64,000 nucleotides of DNA from Candidatus Poribacteria bacterium (GTDB taxonomy: Bacteria; Poribacteria; WGA-4E; WGA-3G). Shown here piece after piece: positions 31,210-39,515 of this stretch; within the stretch, counting starts at the first letter, position 1; each line of letters begins with the position of its first letter. The notes beneath the pieces were generated by a model that searched no databases, was not told the DNA's origin, and saw nothing but the letters and a program-made list of their open reading frames with translations. Both the position numbers and the translations under genes were made by a program. The DNA is taken from NCBI GenBank assembly GCA_963667805.1, contig OY764016.1, positions 4,952,081 through 5,016,080 of the forward strand, read 5' to 3'.

Positions 31210-31971
31210 ATGTTTATTGACTCGCACGCACACATCCAACTCTCCCAATTTAACCGTGATCGCGACGCAGTCCTAAAACGCTCCCACGAAGTCTCAGTCT
31301 CCCATATTCTTGTGATAGGGTTTGACATAGAGACCAGCCTCGGTGCTGTCGAGTTGGCGGAGCAGCATACGCATATCTATGCCACCGTCGGCATGCATCC
31401 GCACGAGGCAAAGGATCTGACCGACGATACGCTAAAGACTTTTCGTGAACTCGTCACACACCCGAAAGTGATCGCACTCGGCGAAATGGGATTAGACTAT
31501 TACCGCAACCTCTCGCCGCGTCCCGTGCAAAAAGAGGCATTTGAAAAACAGTTGGACCTCGCCGAAGAGTTGCAGCTGCCCATTGTCATCCACAATCGCG
31601 ATGCCTATATGGACATCCTCCCTATCTTGGAAGCACGGCAGGGGAGAATCCGAGGCGTGTTGCACTGCTTTACTGGGAATGTCGAATTAATGCACAGAAG
31701 TCTGGTCAGTGGTTTTCATATCGGTATTGGAGGGATTGTAACATACCCGAATGCCAAAGATGTCCAAGCAGTCGCGCGGGAAGTGCCTGAAGATAGACTG
31801 CTCATAGAAACTGATTGTCCGTGGCTAACACCACAATTTCGACGCGGCAAACGGAATGAACCCGCTTATGTCCGCGCCGTGGCCGAAAAGATTGCGGAAC
31901 TCCGCAGCACCACTATAGAAACAATCGGTGAAACAACGACAAAGAACTTCCAAAAACTCTTTTTTCCATGA
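31210..31971 (+). CDS. tatD: TatD family nuclease
   Basis: IDSHAH, GMHPH, GEMGLDYY, IHNRDA, LHCF, ETDCPW and RNEP motifs. Confidence 0.93.
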   Translation: MFIDSHAHIQLSQFNRDRDAVLKRSHEVSVSHILVIGFDIETSLGAVELAEQHTHIYATVGMHPHEAKDLTDDTLKTFRELVTHPKVIALGEMGLDYYRNLSPRPVQKEAFEKQLDLAEELQLPIVIHNRDAYMDILPILEARQGRIRGVLHCFTGNVELMHRSLVSGFHIGIGGIVTYPNAKDVQAVAREVPEDRLLIETDCPWLTPQFRRGKRNEPAYVRAVAEKIAELRSTTIETIGETTTKNFQKLFFP

Positions 31972-33083
31972 AGCATCTAAATCTCCGCATGTATGCGATG
32001 GTGCTTGCTCTCGTCTGTGTTTGGGTGATTTTCACACTCCTGACCGGTGGCACCTTCCTCAGCACTCGGAACCTATCCAATCTCTCCCGCCAAGCAGCGG
32101 TCACCGCTATCCTGGCCGTCGGCATGACCTTGGTCATCGTTTCTGCGAATATTGATCTCTCTGTCGGCTACGGTGCCGGATTGCTCGGTGCCATTGCAGC
32201 GATTGTCCACGTGTGGTGGGGACAACCGATCCTCGTGACACTTGTCACTGTCGTGTGCATTGGCATTCTGATGGGATTGATGCAAGGTTACCTCGTGGCG
32301 TATCAGCGAATTCCAGCGTTTATCGTCACATTGGGCGGATTTTTGGCGTATCGCGGTTTAATGTTAGCCTTCACCAAAGGTGAGACCATCCTCCTTCCAG
32401 ACAATTGGCTCAAAGCAATTGGGAACGCCTATCTTTCGTCAGGACTTGGATGGGGACTCATGGTCGTTGGATTGGGTATCAACGGCTACCGATTTTACCG
32501 ACAGCGAACTGCCCAGCTGCAATACGGGACTGAGCAAACCTCCTTGCGGACTTTCCTATTGAAGCTCATCGGGACATCCGCACTCATTGTAGCGTTCATC
32601 TCCGTGATGAATGCTCACAAAGGGATTCCCTTTCCAGTCTGCATTCTATTTGGATTAGCGTTCGTATTTCATTTTATCGCCAACCATACGCGTTTCGGAC
32701 GTTATGTGTATGCCGTCGGTGGAAACGCGGAAGCGGCGTATCTCTCCGGCATCAATGTCCGCGGGATTACGCTGCGGGTGTTTGCAACCATGGGTGCGCT
32801 GATGGCGATCGCTGGGGTTGTTATGACGGCACGTGTTGGGAGTGCCAGTCCCGAAGCCGGACGGTTGCTGGAGTTAGATGCTATTGCTGCGTGTGTTATC
32901 GGCGGTGCCAGTCTAATGGGTGGACGTGGGAGTATCTTCGGTGCAATTTTGGGCGCGTTCGTCATGGAAAGCCTCAACAACGGAATGAGCATGGCGAACA
33001 TGGATGCTTCATGGCAAGACATCATCAAAGGGGTCGTGCTTGTCGCAGCGGTCGGATTTGACATGGCGTCACGGCGGAGATGA
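31968..33083 (+). CDS. Sugar ABC transporter permease (XylH/GguB-like)
   Basis: IDLSVG, IPAFIVTLGG, TRFGRYVYAVGGN and ELDAIAACVIGG. Confidence 0.92.
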   Translation: MKHLNLRMYAMVLALVCVWVIFTLLTGGTFLSTRNLSNLSRQAAVTAILAVGMTLVIVSANIDLSVGYGAGLLGAIAAIVHVWWGQPILVTLVTVVCIGILMGLMQGYLVAYQRIPAFIVTLGGFLAYRGLMLAFTKGETILLPDNWLKAIGNAYLSSGLGWGLMVVGLGINGYRFYRQRTAQLQYGTEQTSLRTFLLKLIGTSALIVAFISVMNAHKGIPFPVCILFGLAFVFHFIANHTRFGRYVYAVGGNAEAAYLSGINVRGITLRVFATMGALMAIAGVVMTARVGSASPEAGRLLELDAIAACVIGGASLMGGRGSIFGAILGAFVMESLNNGMSMANMDASWQDIIKGVVLVAAVGFDMASRRR

Positions 33084-33195
33084 AAGATTCGCTACAACAA
33101 GCGTCATCTCCTGAATTCCCTATTCGGACAATATTTTTAAACCTTTTCCCCAAAAATTCCCCTCTTTATAACCAAATCTAATTGGGAATTTATCC

Positions 33196-34881
33196 GTGCG
33201 ATACAATTCATCGACCTACACAGACCTAACAGATGAAGAACTCATTCAACTCGTGAAAGATGGGGATGAGGCGGCGTTTGCTCAACTCGCCACTCGTCAT
33301 AGTTCCAGAATATGGCAACTGGTTGTTTTAAACTCACGCCAAATCCGCGATGCTGAAGAGATTTTTCAAGATATCTGGGTAGCAGTCTGGGAAAACATCA
33401 AAGGCTTACGCGAAATCAATAGTTTCGGTGCTTGGCTCAGGAAAATAGCATACACCACCTGTAGGAGATACTACACGACCAACTCGCACACAAGGGGTGA
33501 GATCCTTCAGAGCGCAGAGCAACTCGCTGAAACCATTGATCGGGATGTACTTGCCCGGTTTCGAGAGACGGAACTTCGTGCAGCGGTAACGGAAGCCGTA
33601 CATGACCTACCAGAGCGGGTTCGGGCGATCGCGGTGTTGTACTATTTAGAGATGTGGACGATCAAAGAGATTGCGACGGAGCTGGGTTTGGCGGTTGGTA
33701 CCGTCAAGACAAGACTCAGCCAAATTCGGGCACTCCTGCGCGAGGAATTTGGCGTTGAAGAAATTAAGAGGGGAAGAACGATGACACAGAAAAAAGAGGT
33801 ATCCAGACCAGCACGGGACAAAATTAAGGTTTTCGGTGTCGGCGATGCAGGTGGCAATGTGGTCAAACAGATGATTGCCGCCGGTTTGACGGACATCGAA
33901 TTTTACGCTGTGAATACAGATGTGGAGGCACTCCGCACGTGCGATGGGTCAACACAGGTACAGATCGGTGCTGAAACCACGCAAGGACTCGGCGCAAATG
34001 CGAATCCCGAAATCGGCAGGAGGGCAGCCGAGGAAGATTTGGAAACGCTTAACGCTATTGTCACCGACGCTCGTATGGTGTTCGTTACAGCGGGCATGGG
34101 GGGTGGAACAGGAACGGGTGTCGCTCCCTTGCTCGCATCCGTTGCCCGGGAACAGGGTGCTTTAACGATAGGTGTTGTGACCCTTCCACTTGATTCCGAG
34201 GGACAACGCCGCGCTGAACGCGCAGAACTTGGACTCCATGAACTCCGAGAAAACACCGATGCTGTTATCGTAGTCCCGAATCAGCGGCTTCTTGATACTC
34301 TGGACCCAGAACCCTCAACGAGTGAAGCGTTCCGAATGAGCGATGAAACCGTGTCACTCGGCATTAAAAGCGTCTCTGATATTGTTACTGAGTCAGGCGA
34401 GGTTAACGTCAATTTCGCCGATATAGAGGGCATCATGAAGGATGCTGGCACAGTATTGATGGGCATAGGGCAAGCCTCCGGTGAAAATCGAGGGCGAATC
34501 GCTATGGAAAATGCTATCGCCTCACCGTTGCTGGACGGGAAAAGCATCGGGAGCGCAACTGGGTTGATTGTTAATATTAGTGCCCCGCAGGACTTTATGA
34601 TGAATGAATTGGATACGGCGATGAAGGTGCTTCAAGACGAGGCATTTGACGCGCAAATTATCTTTGGGCTGGTCTACAGAGACGACTCTGAACCCAAAGG
34701 CCCAGTTTATGTGACCATCCTTGCTGCGGGGATTGAGTCACAAAGCGGACCCGCTGTCGCACCGTCCACCCAGCAGCGTGGAAGCTCCCTTGGAGGCGAC
34801 ACGCGCGTCTCATCTGAAGTCACCTCTAAATTTGTTCATTTTCCCAACTACAGTGAGTATAACATGCTTAATGAGTCTTGA
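33196..34881 (+). CDS. ECF sigma factor - FtsZ-like GTPase fusion protein
   Basis: aa ~10-186 sigma2 (DAEEIFQDIW..FGAWLRKIA) and sigma4 (LPER..EIATELGLAVGTVKTRL); aa ~208-514 FtsZ fold (IKVFGVG, AVNTD, AGMGGGTGTG, VVPNQRL, NFAD, ASPLL); no stop between the domains. Confidence 0.92.
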   Translation: MRYNSSTYTDLTDEELIQLVKDGDEAAFAQLATRHSSRIWQLVVLNSRQIRDAEEIFQDIWVAVWENIKGLREINSFGAWLRKIAYTTCRRYYTTNSHTRGEILQSAEQLAETIDRDVLARFRETELRAAVTEAVHDLPERVRAIAVLYYLEMWTIKEIATELGLAVGTVKTRLSQIRALLREEFGVEEIKRGRTMTQKKEVSRPARDKIKVFGVGDAGGNVVKQMIAAGLTDIEFYAVNTDVEALRTCDGSTQVQIGAETTQGLGANANPEIGRRAAEEDLETLNAIVTDARMVFVTAGMGGGTGTGVAPLLASVAREQGALTIGVVTLPLDSEGQRRAERAELGLHELRENTDAVIVVPNQRLLDTLDPEPSTSEAFRMSDETVSLGIKSVSDIVTESGEVNVNFADIEGIMKDAGTVLMGIGQASGENRGRIAMENAIASPLLDGKSIGSATGLIVNISAPQDFMMNELDTAMKVLQDEAFDAQIIFGLVYRDDSEPKGPVYVTILAAGIESQSGPAVAPSTQQRGSSLGGDTRVSSEVTSKFVHFPNYSEYNMLNES

Positions 34882-34888
34882 CATAAGA

Positions 34889-36259
34889 CTATTTTGCCAG
34901 ATTCCGTGCCTCTTTGAACTTTTCTTTGGCAAATTGTCCCCAGTCCTTGATTTTTTCGTTGCGGACAGTCGGATCCTTCCAGTCGCTACGTGCCAGTTTC
35001 ATCGCTTCTTCTTCAGTGATCGGCATCTTCGTTAAAGCCGCAATCGCTGCGTCACGTTTCGCCGGGTCCTTACACTTCCGGATCGCCTTCCATGCGTTAA
35101 CGAGATCCTTATGCGAATCAATAATTAAAACACCGAAGAGATCGTTAACGATATTCCATCGGGTCCCCCCTTTATCTGAGTTATATTGGAAGGGGGTTCC
35201 TTCCATCGCAAATGGATTTGGGACAATACAGCGTTCGCCTAATTTATCGTAAAGTGCTGGTAGCACACTCGCGCGGTTTAAACCACCCTTCCATTTGGGT
35301 CCCTCCGAGTCGGTGTCGCGGAGCATCCAAAGTTTCTGTGCGTCTTCCGATAAAACAAACTCAAGAAACTTTTGGGCGACAGACAGATTCGGGGCACCTT
35401 TGAGGATGGCAATAGGATCAGCAGTGACCACCGCGCCATCCGCTGGAACAACATATTGGATTTTGTCCGCACCGACAACAGCAATCTGACCGTATGCATA
35501 AAAATCAATTGCGAGTCCATAAATGACCTGTCCGGCGACGACATCTGTCGGAATAGCGTTCGCACCAGCGGAGAAGCCGCGAACATTACCCCCAAGTTTC
35601 GTCAGGAGTGCGAACCCTTCTTCCCATCCGAGTGTTTGAAGGATAATTTCATACACCATGTGTGCTGAGCCACTCTCTCTTGGGTCGGCAGCACCAATTT
35701 TACCGAGCAGTGCGACATCACCCAAATCCCGCCATGTCTTGACTTTCGGGAGACTGAGCATTTCACGCAGCTCCTCATTGTGCATGATACCGAAACTCGA
35801 TAACGCTGCACCATACCACTGATGTTCGGCATCGTAGAGCGGGATACCTTGAAACGATTGCGTCATCTGTGCAAGTTGTGCTTCGGGGAGTTTGTAGGCA
35901 TTTAACCAACCGTTGTTTGAAAGGCGGAGATAATTGTCAGTGCCACCTCCAAAGAAAATATCGACACTAATACCGTCTGGCACACGCTTAAACTCCGATT
36001 CGATGAATCGATAGTTGGAAGAGGTACCCCCCACATCGCGCCAGTCAGTTTTGACGGTTCTACCGGTTTGTTCCTCATACCATTTCTCGAAATTATTTCC
36101 AAACTCCGTTTCAATCCCCTCTGGATGTGGTGAAATAATGATAAGTTCGTCCTGTGCAAACAGAACAGCAGGTAGTGCCAAAAGACATAATACAATCCCC
36201 CACGTCACAAGATGTCCGCTGCAACGTCCGAGGGGTTTTAAATAGGACATACTTTTCAC
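34889..36259 (-). CDS. ABC transporter substrate-binding protein (Fe3+/AfuA-like cluster)
   Basis: Signal peptide; DIFFGGG, ADPRESGS, AIDFY and DPIAILKGAPN..AQKFLEFVLS motifs. Confidence 0.85.
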   Translation of the reverse strand: MKSMSYLKPLGRCSGHLVTWGIVLCLLALPAVLFAQDELIIISPHPEGIETEFGNNFEKWYEEQTGRTVKTDWRDVGGTSSNYRFIESEFKRVPDGISVDIFFGGGTDNYLRLSNNGWLNAYKLPEAQLAQMTQSFQGIPLYDAEHQWYGAALSSFGIMHNEELREMLSLPKVKTWRDLGDVALLGKIGAADPRESGSAHMVYEIILQTLGWEEGFALLTKLGGNVRGFSAGANAIPTDVVAGQVIYGLAIDFYAYGQIAVVGADKIQYVVPADGAVVTADPIAILKGAPNLSVAQKFLEFVLSEDAQKLWMLRDTDSEGPKWKGGLNRASVLPALYDKLGERCIVPNPFAMEGTPFQYNSDKGGTRWNIVNDLFGVLIIDSHKDLVNAWKAIRKCKDPAKRDAAIAALTKMPITEEEAMKLARSDWKDPTVRNEKIKDWGQFAKEKFKEARNLAK

Positions 36260-36299
36260 GCTCCTTTTTCATACGAGTCGTAATGCTGAAGATATGCAA

Positions 36300-37271
36300 T
36301 TAGGGTGAAAATGTCGGTTGCTGATCTAAAATATATTTAATCGGATTCACCCACTTTTCTGTTTCCACGTTATAAACGCTATAGTGTAGGTGTGCACCCG
36401 TGCTACGACCGGTATTTCCGACGTAGCCGATAATCTGACCGCGCGTCACTTTTTGTCCAACTTCCAGACCCTCCGCGTAATCTTGCAAATGTGCGTATAA
36501 CGTTTTGAACTGGTTTCCTTCATGCTCAATCTCAACGGTCTCTCCCAAATAACCGCTCGTTTCAGCCTTCACAATTGTTCCATTAGCAGCAGCGATAATA
36601 GGAACCCCGGATAGGGTTTTAATATCCAACCCTTGGTGAAATTCGCGTTTCTTCGTCAACGGATGGATGCGCCACCCAAAACCGGAAGAATACCAATAAC
36701 TGTATTTCTCTCCGTTTTCCTTCTGAAGCTTCACGGGTAGAATCGAAGGATATCCGTCAATTTGTTTTTCATGTTCACTGATATAGTCATAGAGGGATAG
36801 AATCTCATGCTTTAGGATACTCGGGGTTAGCAATTTTTGCCTTTCATTTGTATAATCCGAGCGACCATCGGTCGCTGAGGCATTTTCCTGTTGCGTATCC
36901 ACTGGCACCTCGCTCCCTTCGAGTTCCAAAGAAACGCCATTATCACCCCCGCCTTGCCCAAGGATCCCTAAAGCCTGCTGAATCTTTTCCGCCATCTGTC
37001 GAATATCTTTCATCTCTTCATTGACACCGGCGAGTTCCGATTCGACCTGAAGGTTTGCCTGCCTTAATTTATCGTTTTCTTCCAGACTCATCTGTAACTT
37101 TTTTGCGGTCCCATCTTCATGTAGTTTCTGGAAAAGTCCGTAGCCAATTCCACTGATTCCTGCTAATAATAAAACTGAAACGGCGAAGGCGAAAAGTAGA
37201 ATATGCCCTTTGCTGATTGTATGCTGGCGAACTGCGTTTCCGCGAGATGACATAAAAACGAGGGTATACAT
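36300..37271 (-). CDS. M23 family metallopeptidase with N-terminal TM and coiled coil
   Basis: SSGFGWRIHP, HQGLD, YAHL and GNTGRSTGAHLHY. Confidence 0.93.
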   Translation of the reverse strand: MYTLVFMSSRGNAVRQHTISKGHILLFAFAVSVLLLAGISGIGYGLFQKLHEDGTAKKLQMSLEENDKLRQANLQVESELAGVNEEMKDIRQMAEKIQQALGILGQGGGDNGVSLELEGSEVPVDTQQENASATDGRSDYTNERQKLLTPSILKHEILSLYDYISEHEKQIDGYPSILPVKLQKENGEKYSYWYSSGFGWRIHPLTKKREFHQGLDIKTLSGVPIIAAANGTIVKAETSGYLGETVEIEHEGNQFKTLYAHLQDYAEGLEVGQKVTRGQIIGYVGNTGRSTGAHLHYSVYNVETEKWVNPIKYILDQQPTFSP

Positions 37272-37674
37272 CCAATCAATCCTCCCTTATGATTTAAAAA
37301 TCTTTGGATTGTCCGAAAGTTATAATACCGGACGAATCGAAATTTTCGTAATGTTCCTATGAGACGCTTTTACAAGCGTGAGACAATCGCTGGCATTTTC
37401 CAAACAAGAACGATGATACCAGTGAGCAGAATGAGGTACCACACAATTAATGTCCGAATACGCGTTCTTTTGAAAATATGATGGCGAGAACGTTTCAACT
37501 TCATAAGTGCTTTTTCTTCTTAAGGTTTTGACAGAACGTTTCTTCATGCGTAAGCGTTCTTAACACGGTATCCTTGCCGATAAAATCGCATCATGAGATT
37601 TGCTCTAATGTAAAAAGGACGAAATTTCATACATTCCGTTCTAAGAGATCGACCTGATGTTGAACGCAACGTCT

Positions 37675-38598
37675 TCACCGTCGAGTTTTTCTCACAATCC
37701 GGATCCGAGAGATGCGATACTTGAAGACTTCCTCTATATTAAACTCAAGAGCTTCATATTCAATTGTTTCGCCTTTCTGTGGCAATCGCCCGAGTAACGT
37801 CAGAATAAAGCCACCAATGGTATCACACTGATCTGTGGGAATTTGGGTATCTAATGCCATGTTGACTTCAGGAATTAATACGCGCGCATCAATCCGCCAC
37901 TCACCTCTTCCGATTTCCTCAATACGGGGTGTATCCCGTTTGCGATTTGATACTATTTCCCCCACGACTTTCTCTAAAACATCCACCAGTTCTACAACGC
38001 CGATACAACTTCCGTGCTCGTTAACCACAACAGCGACGGGTATCTCTGATTGCTGCAGTTCACTCAATAAATCCATTGCAGGCTTCAGCGCGGGTACATA
38101 ATACGCTTCCCTCACAAATGGACCTAAGTCGTCCTCATGCTGCTCGCTTGTGAGCACTTCCGCGGCGTCAACCACGCCAATCAACCAATCAACGCGCTCA
38201 TTATAGACAGGGATGTAACGATAGTTGGAGACGCGGCAGAATTTAGGAACTTCAGCGCATGACGCTCCGACTGTCAGGGGAACCATCTCTGACAAAGGCA
38301 TCATGACCTCCTGCGCTGTCAATGTTCTCAAATCGAAAACTGTCCGTAATAACCGGGCTTCGTGCTCGGAAAACGTCTCAATATTCTCCAGAATTAACTG
38401 CTTAATTTGTTCACGAGAGAGTCTCGTCTTTCGTTTCGAGTTTCTGAAGAGTCCTTTTTTCTGCGGCTCCGTTTCCCGTTCCGCGTGAACAGCAAGGGCA
38501 TTAGGTTGCGCTAACTTCACCTGCGTCCCACGCTGCTCGCTAACAACAGGCATCTGACTGTTGTTTTCCTCTGAAATGTTTTTGGTACTTTCATTCAT
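37675..38598 (-). CDS. CBS-pair / CorC-HlyC transporter-associated domain protein
   Basis: EVMMP, IPVY, VVNEHGSCIGVV..DVLEKVVGEI and DTIGGF motifs; no DUF21 TM region. Confidence 0.85.
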   Translation of the reverse strand: MNESTKNISEENNSQMPVVSEQRGTQVKLAQPNALAVHAERETEPQKKGLFRNSKRKTRLSREQIKQLILENIETFSEHEARLLRTVFDLRTLTAQEVMMPLSEMVPLTVGASCAEVPKFCRVSNYRYIPVYNERVDWLIGVVDAAEVLTSEQHEDDLGPFVREAYYVPALKPAMDLLSELQQSEIPVAVVVNEHGSCIGVVELVDVLEKVVGEIVSNRKRDTPRIEEIGRGEWRIDARVLIPEVNMALDTQIPTDQCDTIGGFILTLLGRLPQKGETIEYEALEFNIEEVFKYRISRIRIVRKTRR

Positions 38599-38692
38599 AG
38601 TTAATAACGGTATAGCCCTCCGCAGGATATGGGATTTCGAATTCGGAATTCTGTGAACACCTTCGCGTATTTTCTGGTGGTTTGAGAATTCT

Positions 38693-39514
38693 CTATGTTT
38701 GGGCGACGAGCGTCAGTTCTGTTTTGCCACTGAGTCCCGCAACAACCGGAAATGTTTTCTCCCCTGGCTTGCCATCTTTCGGCACATACCGGACCTGCGG
38801 TGAGAAGTATGCATACAACGCCGTGTTCCGAGGGTTAGGCGTAGTGTTTGGTCCGGAACCGTGTACCATTAAACTGTGAAAAAATAAAGCACTACCCGCG
38901 GAAAGTGGGACATCCATCTGTTGTTCCGAGACCTCCTTCCGATCAGTAAGCTCTGCATCCTGCTGACGTGCGATATGGCCCCACGACTGCATTCCCCATA
39001 GATGGCTTCTCGGAATTACCTTGAAACAACCGTTTTCGATTGTAGCGTCATTGAGGGCAATACTCACGGTAACAAGGTTCGGTGGCTCCATGGGCCAATA
39101 CGCCGAATCTTGATGTAACCCGTGCGAAGATCCATGAAACGCCGGTTTGAACATCAGTGTACTTCTAAAGAGCAACAGGTCGTCTGTTCCAATAAGTTCT
39201 TGAACAACGCGAATGAGTTTCGGATGTTGTGCGAGGTCCCGAAATACTTCGGAGTACTGACGCGTGTTTTCTGCCTTCCGCAGCACAGGTAAATTATTCC
39301 CTTGTGTTTCATCTGTGGCGAACGGTTCCTGCTGGACGTGCCGACGTGCGACCGCTGCCCGTTCTTTCTCAGGATCGGACTCCTGTCCTGCAGCAAACTG
39401 ATGCAAACGGTGGATCTCCGCTTGGCACGTTTCCACTTCTGCTGCCGATAACAGATTCTCAACAACGAGGTAACCTTCCTTCTCAAAAAACGCTTTCCGC
39501 TCCTTCAAATCCAT
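38693..39514 (-). CDS. Phytanoyl-CoA dioxygenase (PhyH) family 2OG-Fe(II) oxygenase
   Basis: GYLVVENLLS, HQDSAYW, ENGCFKVIPRSH and HGSGPN..R motifs. Confidence 0.92.
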   Translation of the reverse strand: MDLKERKAFFEKEGYLVVENLLSAAEVETCQAEIHRLHQFAAGQESDPEKERAAVARRHVQQEPFATDETQGNNLPVLRKAENTRQYSEVFRDLAQHPKLIRVVQELIGTDDLLLFRSTLMFKPAFHGSSHGLHQDSAYWPMEPPNLVTVSIALNDATIENGCFKVIPRSHLWGMQSWGHIARQQDAELTDRKEVSEQQMDVPLSAGSALFFHSLMVHGSGPNTTPNPRNTALYAYFSPQVRYVPKDGKPGEKTFPVVAGLSGKTELTLVAQT

Positions 39515-39515
39515 G

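Noticed and set aside
33138-33168. Autoregulatory ECF promoter (TAAACC...TCTTTA) upstream of the sigma-FtsZ gene
   Set aside because: Spacing is longer than typical and a single instance cannot define the motif
37320-37547. 75-aa ORF or a c-di-AMP/c-di-GMP riboswitch upstream of the M23 peptidase
   Set aside because: ORF has no RBS or motif support, and I could not find the riboswitch consensus elements
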